From the human T2T-CHM13v2.0 reference genome, Homo sapiens: a stretch of 64,000 nucleotides of DNA. Below are positions 26,300-44,096 of the stretch, piece by piece (the stretch's first letter is position 1; every line of letters starts with the position of its first letter). The position numbers and the translations under genes were made by a program. The notes under the pieces are model-generated. The model was not told the DNA's origin and searched no databases. It saw only the letters and a program-made list of their open reading frames with translations. The DNA is taken from assembly GCF_009914755.1 (NCBI RefSeq), contig NC_060930.1; one strand, given 5' to 3'.

Positions 26300-28190
26300 T
26301 CTCTATCCACTCCCCTCCACCTCCACCTCACTCTCCCAGTCCTCCCAGCAGATGGCCTGGCCTTTTATTTCACAGAGAAGATAAAAGACTCTAAACAGGG
26401 ACTCCTTCGATCTCCCCCTACAAACATCATTTCTGCACCCATCCTCTCTTCACCTCCTGAGACAATAGGAAAAGGGCCTCTATGTTTTTCAGCAAGCAAT
26501 CCTTCCTTCTGGACTCTGGCCTCATACCCTTCTACCTCTCCTGGGACCCCATTCATGCCCATCACTTCATTCTCCTGTAAGTTCAGTCTCACTGCTGGAT
26601 CCTTTCAATCAGCATCTGAACACACTGTAGTCCTAGTCTCCACCTTACAACATTGCTCTTCTTGGACCAGCCCCTGTACATCTAGCTGCTTCCCTATTTC
26701 CCTACTCACAGCTGAGTGCCTTCAAAGAGTTGTCTGCATTGTCTCTACTCTCACACCGCAAAGGCTTAGAGACAAGGTGGTATAGTGGTTGAGATAGTGG
26801 ATTCATGAGCCAGACTGCCTAAGCCTGTATTCTGCTTCTGCCATATGAACTGGGCCAAGTCACTTAACCTCTCTGTGCCTTGGTTTTCTCATCTGTAGAA
26901 TGGGATAATAATAATAAGTCTCTCATCAGATTGGCATTACCATTAAACTAATACTACTCTTTAGTATATGTAAAATGCATAGGACAGTAACTCACACAGA
27001 GAATGTACTGTGGCTTCAGCTGTCATTACTTTAGCAAAATTTTGGCTGATGTCACCAGTGACTTCTCCTTTGCTGAATTTATGGAATGCTCTGTAGACCT
27101 CTTCTCAATTGACATTTCAGCAATTTGATACTAAAACAAACCCCCCCTCTTCCTGATACACTCTGTTCCTCTGATTTAGGTGTTGTAACCATTTATTTTC
27201 CCTCCATTCTGAAGATGATCCCTCTCAGCCTCATTTGCTGGCTCTTTCAACTCCCCCCAAACCTCAGTGTTGGAATTCTTCAGAGCTCACTTCCAGGTCC
27301 TCTTGTTTTACTACCCACTCTCCCTAGGTAAACCCATCCACATGTGTTTGCAATGCCTCCATTTCGGAACTCCATCCCATACCTCTCTCCTGAACCTACT
27401 CCATATCTACTCACTTAGCAACTGCAAACCAACCTCATGCCATGCCAGATGTCTGCATCCCACCCCAAACCTGCATCCCCTTGTCATCATCCCAAAACTA
27501 GTTGTTTATGCTGGAAATCTATGAGACATCCTCAACCCATCTCTCTTGGGCCCACTCCAGGCAGTTGTTCACCAGTTTCTGAGTTCTGTACCTCCAGTGT
27601 ACTTGTAGAATCTTTATGCTTTGCTCCATCTCCACTGCCAACACTATGGTCCAAGCCTCAGTTATCTCTCCTCTCAACCACTGCTAGAACTGTCTATCCA
27701 AAGGATCCCAGAGTAATCTTTTATAAACAAATGTCATCATGCTACTCCCTTGCTCCAAGACTGTGGATGACTTCTCATTGCTCCTCAAGATAAGAACCAA
27801 AATTCCTTTACATGTTTTAGGGGGCCCTGCATTACCGGACCCCTGCTGACCTCTGGCCTCATCATATTCCTCCTTCCCTTTTGCTTGCTAGCTCCAGACA
27901 CAGTGATCTTCTCTGATTGTCAAAAGCAATAAGCTTCATCCACCTTCAAAGCTTTCACTTTCTTTGTGCCACAAACAAATCCCACCTCTCCCCCAGTCAT
28001 GTCTCGCACCAGTGTTAGTTTCAAATCCTGCTCCTCTTTCAGGCCTCAACTTAACTCTTTTTCTCGGGGAAGCCCTCTCTGATTCTCCAGACTTGGTTCA
28101 GCTTCTCTGTGCTACACTACTATAATCTGTTGATTTCTGCCAGGGGATTTAAAAAATAGTTGAAGTTTTGTGGTTATTTGATTAACTCTT
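26300..28190 (+). mobile_element. L2 (long decayed segment) interrupted by a MIR at ~26765-27030
   Basis: Pyrimidine-rich L2 ORF/3' sequence; MIR core ggccaagtcacttaacctctctgtgccttggttttctcatctgtagaatggg. Confidence 0.65.
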
Positions 28191-28444
28191 TCTCCAAAGT
28201 CTGCCCCCAAAGTCCCCTCCCTTCACTATCTAGAGCAAGAAAGAGAATTAGCACTTCAAATTATCTTAAAGAAAATAAAGAGGGCTTCCTTGTCTCCAGT
28301 ATTCTAAGAGTTAATCCAAGCACATTTTCTTTAGACATTACATCAATAAAATGCCACAGAAAATATTTCTAAGATAGACTTTAATAAGAGAAATTGCAAC
28401 AGTGGGTTTTAGATGCAAGCAAATAGAGAAAATGAATATATATT

Positions 28445-28488
28445 ACACATACACACACACCCACACACGCACACACATACACACACAC
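28445..28488. repeat. (CA)n microsatellite, imperfect
   Basis: acacatacacacacacccacacacgcacacacatacacacacac. Confidence 0.85.
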
Positions 28489-29319
28489 CCCTACCTCTCT
28501 TACACTTAGTTCAATGGTAACCATATAAAGGGTTTACGACACCCCTGCCATCCATTTCTCCAATATTGAATTTCAGCTTTATTGTCTCTTCTCCCACCTG
28601 CCTGATTCATTTAAATTGCCAACTGAAGCTGATAAAGTTGTAGCAGAAACCTCACAGACTGCGCTCCTTGCCAGAGTGACTGACATCCTATAGGAGAGAT
28701 GACCTAGTTCAGGCAATAAAAACATTCCACATAGAGGAAATATTCATTAATTAGCAAAATCATAACCTCTTCATTTCCCCGAGGGGTGCCTTCTTGGTGT
28801 CTTTGAGAGTATGAGAGCATTTTGAAGACTCAGAACATATTCTCTTGTGGGCTGCATGGGAGGGTACATGTATGTGAGCATCTTCACAGGGACCCCTATC
28901 CTGCCCAGTCCCACCTTTAGCAGATGGTTCCCACAGCTGACAGTAACTGAGAGGAAACCAGTCCCCAGGCATTTGTATCTCCCACAGCACCCAACAGAGG
29001 CACACATTAAAATCTGGTTAAAAGTAAACAATTCAGATGAAGAGTTATCTGTGCCAGAGATGAGCTTATACCCCAAGAGTCAACAGAAATTTATAGCCTA
29101 AAAGACCATTTGCTTGTTATGGGATGGAAATGGCAAGAGAAACTTGATCTAAAATAGCCATATAAAACATTGACTTTGTACATGTAAGTAGACCCATTTC
29201 CCTAATAATTTTCAAAGTAAGAGAAGCAACTGGCTTATTGTTATTGTAATATTTTAATTCTCCAATATTCTGAAAGATCTGGGTACATCTTGACTGGTGA
29301 CAAAGTTCATTAACTCTCT

Positions 29320-29690
29320 CAAACAAGCACTTATTGAGTGCCTACCAGGTGTCAGGCATTATGCCAGGTGCAGGAGGTAGACTATGGAAGAAGCTTCAGC
29401 TCTGTCCTCAAGGAGCTTACAGTCTATTGAAGGATACAGGGAACTAAAAAGCAATAGTCATCCAGTTGATAACTGCTATTTGCAAGAGGAAAATAGAGTC
29501 TACGGAAGGTTCTCTAACCCAGACTTAGAGAGTTCTGAAAGGCTTCCCGGAGGAAATGACATGTAAGCTGCCTCTTGGAGGGTGAATAAGAGTTAGCTTT
29601 GTGAAGGTCCAGGATAAAAGTGTCCCAGGCAGAAAAAGCAGATGGCCTAGAAGCAACGGAGAGGAAACCATAGTCAGGGAGCCAAAGCAG
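29320..29690 (-). mobile_element. L2 3' fragment
   Basis: caaacaagcacttattgagtgcctaccaggtgtcaggc...ctcaaggagcttacagtct. Confidence 0.7.
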
Positions 29691-29825
29691 TTCAGTGCAC
29701 CTGGACCCATTGACATTTTGCCCTCCTCCTGTCACTGCAATATATATTCCACCTCAACTCTCCCCACCAAAACTGTTTTCATTTTTCCTTTCTACAGCAT
29801 CCTTCTTTGACTGGTTATTTCATGA

Positions 29826-30017
29826 TTGGGTGGGTGGTTATTTAGATGATTGGTTGGTTGGTTGGTTGGTTGGATGGTTTCTTGGGTGGTTGGATGGATG
29901 GTTGGGTGGTTGGATGGATGGTTGGGTGGTTGGATGGCTGGGTGATTGGATGGTTGGGTGGTTGGTTGGGTGGGTGGTTGCTTAGTTGGGTGATTGGTTG
30001 ATTGGTAGAGTGGTTGG
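29826..30017. repeat. (TGGT/TGGA/TGGG)n tetranucleotide repeat
   Basis: About 190 bp of mixed ggtt/ggat/gggt units. Confidence 0.9.
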
Positions 30018-30229
30018 CCCATTTCCTGTAACACTGCTCCTACTCAGCCTCCTTGGGAGGCCCCATTCTTCATACTCTCTGATGCTCTAGCCCTCCTGGC
30101 AAGCTTTCATACACTGCCTCTCCTCCAATTTTCATGTCTCAGCCAGATAGTTTTTTTAAAATGCAAATTTTATCCTGTCAATCCTCCTACTTAAAAGTCT
30201 TCAATAGTTTATTTTTTCCAGTTTGGGTA

Positions 30230-31897
<1,668 letters not shown>

Positions 31898-32164
31898 CAG
31901 GTGTCATCAATTGATGGACATTTGGTTTGTTTCTTTTTGGCTAAAGATGGAAGTTTGAAGTTATGAAATACCCATATGCTTAAAGAGAGAAATGAGTAGC
32001 AGAGGGATTTCAAGCCACTGAGAGGGTCTGATTGAATTCGAAAACCACAGTATGATGCTGCACAGTCATGTAATTTATGACACACAAAACTCTTCAACAG
32101 TAGGCTCTGCCTCTTCTCAGAACGCCACACATCAGCTCTGCTAAACTGCTTGTAGTTCCACGAA

Positions 32165-32512
32165 CTCACCTCTGGGATTTGCAGTGTTCTTCTCTTTGCC
32201 TAGATAATTTCCTTCCAGGTCTCACTGCCATTCCCAATCTAACCTTGAGTCTGAGATCAGATGTCACATCCTCCAGAAGCTTTCCCTGACATTCTGAGTC
32301 AGTGTCAGGTGCCCCTTTCAAGTGGCACCCTCCATTCACCCCATCATAGCATTTCTGACACTGCTGTGAAACATCCACCGTGCACCACCACCGGGCTAGA
32401 ATCTTATGGGCAAGCACTGTGACATTCACCAGATGAGCCCCATGTCTGGCATGATGCCTGCTGCCTAAGAGGGGCTCAATAAATTTTAAAGGAATAAATC
32501 AGTGAATGAGTG
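32165..32512 (+). mobile_element. L2 3' end (probable continuation of the L2 at ~30130-30215)
   Basis: tgtcacatcctccagaagctttccctgac...gctcaataaattttaaaggaataaatcagtgaatgag. Confidence 0.65.
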
Positions 32513-33330
32513 GTGCATACTTTCAGAAACATGGATCTATGAGGGTTGAAGATGCTGAGAACTAGGACTGGGGACCAATGAGCATGTCACTCCAACACAT
32601 TGGCAGTGGAAATTCTTCAGAGATGAATTTCTGCACTTTTAAAAATAGAGAACTGGAGTAATTAATGTTTGTCAAAACATACTTGTTTGTATTTCTGGAC
32701 AAGTTTTTATCAAAGTTAAACATAAATCTTTCAGAAATATTAGCTTTGCAATTCTCCCGTTTTCTTTGTCCACATTTGGCGCTCCACTCTTGAATGATGG
32801 TTTCTAGAACACAACTGGAAAGAGGCAAGAGTCTATTTACCCAGTTGCACACAGGTAGAAAAGAATAAGTTACCAGCCAGGATTCCCAGTGTAATCTAGC
32901 ATTAGAGATAACCCCTGATAGACATCAGAAGAGGGTGTAAGTCCCTTTTCAAAAGAAAAAATTAAAAACTACTAGTGATATGCCTTCCCTAACCATTGCT
33001 TTCAAAGACCTTTTAAATTATTTTTGTTAATTAAAATTTGACCATGTATACTTCTAAAAATTACTAAATTAAGGAAAGTCTTGATTTTTATAGCATATTG
33101 AGTTAATACGGATATTGCTTGACTTGACCAAATAAATTCTTTAAAATAGCCACACACAGAAAATAGAGCTATATTTTTTAAATTGTATACTGTAAGCCTT
33201 TGAATGAATTTTCCATGAAGAAGGCATCATGGAGAAGAATAAATGTCTGACACATACAAATGAGGTGAGGACAAACTATTGAGATGTAGCTGGCAATGAT
33301 CCAGCTTCTTAGTTCACTTTTAATAGTTTA

Positions 33331-33432
33331 TTTTATTTTTATTTTTATTTTATTTATTTCTTTTTTTTGAGACGGAGTCTCGCTCTGTCACCCAGGCTAG
33401 AGTGCAGTGGCACAATCTCAGCTCACTGCAAG
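33331..33432 (-). mobile_element. 5'-truncated Alu (AluY-like), right-arm end only
   Basis: gagacggagtctcgctctgtcacccaggct...cactgcaag; 11-bp TSD ttaatagttta at 33320-33330 and 33433-33443. Confidence 0.9.
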
Positions 33433-33803
33433 TTAATAGTTTAAGTTCATGTATCTTTAAACTAACTGTGTAGCTTGTTTTTATAAAAGACAAATATTGG
33501 GAGATGGCCATAAGTTGACTCTTGCTTTGCAAACCAAAGTGTATCTTAAAACAAGTTCCCCTGTGCTTATCTAATAATGAGTTTGGACAAGAATAATGCT
33601 GCCTCGGATTGCAATGTTCAAGGCAGTCATTAAAGTTAATAATCAGTGCTCTTGTATAGAAGCTTTATGCCTAACATTGATCAGCCCTTTATTGTGTGGC
33701 ATTTGCTAGTATTCAAGTAGCAAGGAGCTCACCACAAAGGCCATCAGGTAGGTTTCCATGGTAGCAGTCTTTCTTTTGTTATTCACCTTGGTAACACAGA
33801 CTG

Positions 33804-34200
33804 GGTGCAAGCCCCAAGCCTTGGCAGCTTACACGTGGTGTTGGGCCATTCTCACGCTGCTATGAAGATATATTCAAGATGGAGTCATTTATAAAGGAAA
33901 GAGATTTAATTGACTCACAGTTCTGCAGCACTGCGGAGGCCTCAGGAAACTTACAATCATGGTGGAAGGGGAAGCAAATACGTCCTTCTTCACATGGCGG
34001 CAGCAAGAAGTACAGAGCAAAGGTGTGGAGAAGGCCCTTTATAAAGTGTCAGATCTCATGAGAACTCACTATCAAAAGAACAGCATGGGGGAAACTGCCC
34101 CCATGATTCAATTATCTTTACATGGTCCCTCCCTTGACAAGTGGGGATTATTATAATTCAAGGTGAGATTTGGGTGGGAACACAGAGCCAAACCATATCA
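33804..34200 (-). mobile_element. THE1D-like LTR (33846-34200, -) fused to an inverted THE1-internal fragment (33804-33845, +)
   Basis: The LTR ends ccaaaccatatca but lacks its tgtattagt terminus. ggtgcaagccccaagccttggcagcttacacgtggtgttggg matches recalled THE1-int in the opposite orientation. Confidence 0.85.
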
Positions 34201-34833
34201 GACAGTATCCAAATACTCACCATGTCACTGCTTAATGAAAATAAATAGAATATTGATAGTGCTAGTAGAGTCAAGAACCTGGTCTCTGGGTGTGACAACA
34301 AGGCAAGGCATGATGTCTACCAAGGTTTTCTTTTAAGCAGCTGTCCGCTAAGCTGGACTAGTGTCCTTTTGATCTTATTCCAGGTTAATAACCCTCCGTT
34401 GTCTTATATTATTGCCCTGGAGACAAATAGAACTCAATGGTGACTAGAATAGTTTCATTAATGCTGAATCTTATGAAAGACAAGTTTGTGATTGCACAGT
34501 AATAAAAGTACAATATAAAAACTATGGAAGAAAAGAGAATTCTACTTTTTTTTTTCAGAGAAACTAACACTTTTATTTTTTTATTTTTTATTTTTTTCTT
34601 TCTTTTTTTTAATTTAATTTTATTATTATTATACTTTAAGTTTTAGGGTACATGTGCACAATATGCAGGTTAGTTACCTATGTATACATGTGCCATGCTG
34701 GTGTGCTGCACCCATTAACTCCTCATTTAGCATTAGGTATATCTCCTAATGCTATCCCTCCCCACTCCCCCCGACCCCACAACAGTCCTCAGAGTGTGAC
34801 ATTCCCCTTCCTGTGTCCATGTGTTCTCATTGT

Positions 34834-38673
<3,840 letters not shown>

Positions 38674-38721
38674 TTATTTTGCTCATTAGTTGATGCAGTT
38701 TCTTCCTAGCCTTGATGGTCT

Positions 38722-39711
38722 TTACAATTTGGCATGATTTTTCAGTGGCTGGTACTGGTTGTTCCTTTCCATGTTTAGTGCTTCCTTCAGGAGCTCTTTT
38801 AGGGCAGGCCTGGTGGTGACAAAATCTCTCAGCATTTGCTTGTCTGTAAAGGATTTTATTTTGCCTTCACTTATGAAGCTTAGTTTGGCTGGATATGAAA
38901 TTCTGGGTTGAATATTGGCCCCCACTCTCTTCTGGCTTGTAGAGTTTCTGCTGAGAGATCCACTGTTAGTCTGATGGGCTTCCCTTTGTGGGTAACCCGA
39001 CCTTTCTCTCTGGCTTCCCTTAACATTTTTTCCTTCATTTCAACTTTGGTGAATCTGACAATTATGTGTCTTGGAGTTGCTCTTCTCGAGGAGTATCTTT
39101 GTGGCGTTCTCTGTATTTCCTGAATCTGAACGTTGGCCTGCCTTGCTAGATTGGGGAAGTTCTCCTGGATAATATCCCGCAGAGTGTTTTCCAACTTGGT
39201 TCCATTCTCCCCGTCACTTTCAGGTACACCAATCAGACATAGATTTGGTCTTTTCACATAGTCCCATATTTCTTGGAGGCTTTGTTCATTTCTTTTTATT
39301 CTTTTTTCTCCAAACTTCCCTTCTCGCTTCATTTCATTCATTTCATCTTCCATCACTGATACCCTTTCTTCCAGTTGATCACATCGGCTCCTGAGGCTTC
39401 TGCATTCTTCACGTAGTTCTCGAGCCTTGGCTTTCAGCTCCATCAGCTCCTTTAAGCACTTCTCTGTATTGGTTATTCTAGTTATACATTCGTCTAAATT
39501 TTTTTCAAAGTTTTCAACTTCTTTGCCTTTGGTTTGAATTTCCTCCTGTAGCTCGGAGTAGTTTGATTGTCTGAAGCCTTCTTCTCTCAGCTCGTCAAAG
39601 TCATTCTCCATCCAGCTTTGTTCTGTTGCTGGTGAGAAACTGTGTTCCTTTGGAGGAGGAGAGGCTCTCTGCTTTTTAGAGTTGCCAGTTTTTCTGCTGT
39701 TTTTTCCCCAT
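38722..39711 (-). pseudogene. L1 ORF1p, disrupted
   Basis: ORF1p peptides in the track (38880..39611 and 38722..38925). Frameshift just after the ATG and a ~25-bp deletion between ttcaac microhomologies near 38910. Confidence 0.9.
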
Positions 39712-39839
39712 CTTTGTGGTTTTATCTACTTTTGGTCTTTGATGATGGTGATGTACAGATGGGTTTTTGATGTGGATGTCCTTTCTGTTTGTTAGTTTTC
39801 CTTCTAACAGACAGGACCCTCAGCTGCAGGTCTGTTGGA

Positions 39840-40750
39840 GTTTGCTAGAGGTCCACTCCAGACCCTGTTTGCCTGGGTAACAGCAGCGGTGGCTGCAGAA
39901 CAGTGGATTTTCGTGAACCGCGAATGCTGCTGTCTGATCGTTCCTCTGGAAGTTTTATCTCAGAGGAGTACCTGGCAGTGTGAGGTGTCAGTCTGCCCCT
40001 ACTGGGGGGTGCCTCCCAGTTAGGCTGCTCGGGGGTCAGGGGTCAGGGACCCACTTGAGGAGGCAGTCTGCCCATTCTCAGATCTCCAGCTGCGTGCTGG
40101 GAGAACCACTGCTCTCTTCAAAGCTGTCAGACAGGGACATTTAAGTCTGCAGAGGTTACTGCTGTCTTTTTGTTTGTCTGTGCCCTGCCCCCAGAGGTGG
40201 AGCCTACAGAGGCAGGCAGGCAGGCCTCCCTGAGCTGTGGTGGGCTCCACCCAGTTCAAGCTTCCCAGCTGCTTTGTTTACCTAAGCAAGCCTGGGCAAT
40301 GGCGGGCGCCCCTCCCCCAGCCTCGCTGCCGCCTTGCAGTTTGATCTCAGACTGCTGTGCTAGCAATGAGTGAGAATCCATGGGCATAGGACCCTCTGAG
40401 CCATGTGCGGGATATAATCTCCTGGTGTGCCATTTTTTAAGCCCATCGGAGAAGCGCAGTATTGGGGTGGGAGTGACCCGATTTTCCAGGTGCCGTCTGT
40501 CACCCATTTCTTTGACTAGGAAAGGGAACTCCCTGACCCCTTGCGCTTCCTGAGTGAGGCAATGCCTCGCCCTGCTTCGGCTCGCGCACGGTGCGCTGCA
40601 CCCACTGTCCTGTGCCCACTGTCTGGCACTCCATAGTGAGATGAACCTGGTACCTCAGATGGAAATGCAGAAATCACCCGTCTTCTGCATCGCTCACGCT
40701 GGGAGCTGTAGACCGGAGCTGTTCCTGTTCGGCCATCTTGGCTGCTTCCA
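39840..40750 (+). promoter_or_regulatory. L1 5'UTR, including the antisense-promoter and ORF0 region that faces the AIG1 sense direction
   Basis: CpG-rich L1 5'UTR. ORF0 start MAGAPPPASLPPCSLISDCCASNE* at 40299-40373 on +. Promoter activity is inferred from family knowledge only. Confidence 0.55.
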
Positions 40751-43637
40751 CAAGAATTCTACTTTTTAAGGTATAAGGATAACATTGAGGAATGAAAACA
40801 GCTTTGGATTTTTGTTAGTTTATGTGTCCTCATTTTTTCCAGTGACTCAACACCTGGGCTTGCTCATTGTCTCTATTGTCTAAAATAAATGCATTCTGAT
40901 AAGCGTCACTTCTCTTTGATTGTGAATTGATTATTTGAGTTCATAGCAGCATGTGGGGGCTTTGTTATGCTGTCTGGCTTGTTCTGAGGTCAACAGGGAA
41001 GTCAACTAGTACTCAGTCATTCAAATAAGGAGAATAATGTACTCAGACTTAACATTGTTCTGGTATTCAGTCCTACCAAAACATCATTTCTGCCACTTAC
41101 TCAGGAAAGAGTAAAAGCTCTAACTCTTAATTTAATTTACCTTTCTCCTTCCTATACGATACCTGAAAACATTTATGAATGAGTACGCCTTTAGTGCCTC
41201 CATTTTAGTTACTTTAATCTGTGAAATTTCCACAAAGCATTGTATGGCTTTCCCTTGTAGTTTTAGCCTTTATCATAAACAGTCTGAGTGTAACATCCAT
41301 AGGGGTGTGTAAAGTTTCTGCCATATATAAAATATATTTAAAAAATATATTTAAAAGAAAAACTACAAATACCAAAGCCAAAGAGAAAATCTTGAAAGAA
41401 GCTGGTGGTGGGGAGTGGGAGAGTGGGGGGCTTCCTTTTACTTATAGAGAAAGAGGATAAGAATTATAATATACTTCTCATCAGAAATCATGCAAGCAAG
41501 AGGGGAATGGAGTAAAATATTAAAAGTATTGAGTATTGAAAGACAAAAGCCGTCAACCTAGAATTCTATATCTAGGGAAATTATCTTTCAAAAGTAAAGA
41601 AGAACTATTTTCTCAGACAAGCAAAAATGGAGAGAATTCATAATCCACAGACCTACCCTAGAATAAATATTAAAAGATGTTCTTCAAGGAGAAGAAAAAT
41701 ATAGTTCAGAAACATGGATCTACACTAAAAGAAGAGCATAGAATAAGGAATAAATAATCCTGAAATAAAACATATGATTTTTCTTTTTAAGTGAGGTATT
41801 AGAGAAGTGCTTTTTAATGTTACAAAGGCAACAACTTATTAGCTGATTATAGTATAGAAAAATTATAAAAAGAAATACTTTTAAGAATCAGAAGTATTGT
41901 AAGAGAGAAGAAAAAGCAGAATCATATAAAATACTCAAACCAAAGAAAACAGAAAGGGGGAAGGGCATAAAAAAAGAAAGAAATGCCCAGTGCAATGAAT
42001 AGAAAGCAGTTAAAATATGGTAGTTATTAATCCAGCTATATCAATAATCACTTTAAATGTGAATAGCCTAATACACCAATTAAAAGACAAAGATTATTAC
42101 ATTAGATAAAATAACAAGACTAAAATATTATACATGTTTCTACAAGAAACTCACTTTAAACATAAAGACACAGCTGGGCTAAGAGTAAAATGATGAAGAA
42201 AGATATGCTAACACTAATCAAAATAAATCTGATGTTAGCTATATTAATTTCAGACAAAGCATACTTTGAACAAGGAAAATTATCAGAGATAAACAGGAGT
42301 ACTACATAATAATGAAGGGATTAATTCACCAAGGGGACATAATCTTTAATGTATATGCACATAACAACAGAGCATAAAAATACATGAGACAAAACTGATA
42401 GAACTGCCAGGAAACATAGGCATATCCACTATTATAATTGGAGACTTCAACACCCCTCTTTTAGCAATTATTAGATAAAGCAGGCAAAAAATTCATACAG
42501 ATATAGTTGACCTGAACAACCATCAATCAACTTGATCTAATTGACATCTATAGAATATTTTATTCATCAAAAGCAGACTACACATTCCACTCAAGCTTAT
42601 GTAGGACATTCACCAATATCAACCCTATTCGGGGCAATAAAACATATCTTAACAGAGTTAAAAAAATAGAAATCATACCAAGTATGTTCACAGTCAACAT
42701 GGGAGTTAAACTAGAAATCAATAAAAGAAAAATGGCTAGAAAAGTCCAAAGTATTTGGAAATTAAATAGCACACTAATAAATAACCCATGGTTCAAATAA
42801 GAAGTGGCAAGAGAAATTTACAAATACTTTGTACTAAAAGAAAATGAAAATATAACTCACCAAAATTTTTGAGATGCAAGGAAAGTAGTGCTTAGAGGTT
42901 AATTTAACATTAAATGCATATATTAGAAGTTTCTAATCTGATGTAAGACTAGAGAAGGAACAATTTAAGTCAAAAGTAAGAAGAAGAAATGAAATAATAA
43001 AAATTAAAGAAGAAATAAATAAAATTTAAAAAAAAACAATAAAAGCCAAGGCTGATTATTGTAACAGATTGATAAAATTATAAAACTCCAGCCAGGCTCA
43101 ACAAGAAAAAAAGAAAGAATATACAAATTATTAATATAATAAATGAAAGAGGAATCCCACTACTGAGCCTATGGACATTAAAAGAATAATAAAGGAATAT
43201 TATGAACAACTCTATGCCCACAAATTTGATAATCTAGATAAAATGGATCAAGTCCTGGAAAGAAACAATCACCAAAACTCATGCAAAGAGAAAAATAATA
43301 TCTTAATAGACCTGTCTCTATTACAGAAATTGAATGAATAATTAGTAACCTTTTAAAACAGAAAACATTAGGTTCAGATGGCTTCACTGGCAAATCCTAC
43401 CAAACATTTAAGGAAGAAATGATACCAATTCTTCACAATTTCTTTCAGAAAATAGAAGCAGAGGGAATACCTCCTAACTCATTCTCTGAGGCCAGCATTG
43501 CCTTAATACCAAAACAACTAGAGAAATACATTACAAGAAAGAAAACTTACAGACACGTATCTCTCATGAACATAGATGCAAAAAATCCTCAAAAATGTTT
43601 GCAAATCCAATTGAACAATGTATAAAAACAATTATTC

Positions 43638-43839
43638 CAAAATAGCTGGATGAGAGGACTTGAAATTTTCTCAACATATGGAAATGATAAATACTCAAGA
43701 TGATGGAGACTCCCGAATACCCTGACTTGATCATGCATCAAGTATATGCACACAGTCTATGCATATAACAAAATATTGCATGTACCCCATAAATATATGT
43801 ACAAATATTGTGTATCAATTTAAAAATAAAATAAATTTA
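43638..43839 (+). mobile_element. Short L1MA-type 3' end insertion
   Basis: gaataccctgacttgatc...catgtaccccataaatat; TSD aaa(c/t)aattattc at 43626-43637 and 43840-43851. Confidence 0.75.
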
Positions 43840-44096
43840 AAATAATTATTCACCAAAACCAAGTGGAATGTATTCTAGGCATGCAAGGATGGTCAACATT
43901 CAAATACCAATTGATGTAATACACAACATCAATAAGCTAAAGAAGAATCATATGATCGTATTAAAAGATGCACAAGAAGAATTTGATAAAATCCAACATC
44001 CACTTGTGATTTAAAGGAAAAAAACCTCTCAGAAGACTATAAATAGAAGAGAACTCCCTCAAGTTGATGAAGAACATCTATTAAAAATTTATAGCT

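Noticed and set aside
26111-26785. 224-aa ORF, the longest non-L1 ORF
   Set aside because: Starts at GTG, lies mostly in pyrimidine-rich decayed L2, has Pro/Ser/Leu-biased composition and no recognisable homology.
29695-30034. Trp/Gly- and Pro/Thr/Gln-repeat ORFs
   Set aside because: Translations of the tetranucleotide repeat.
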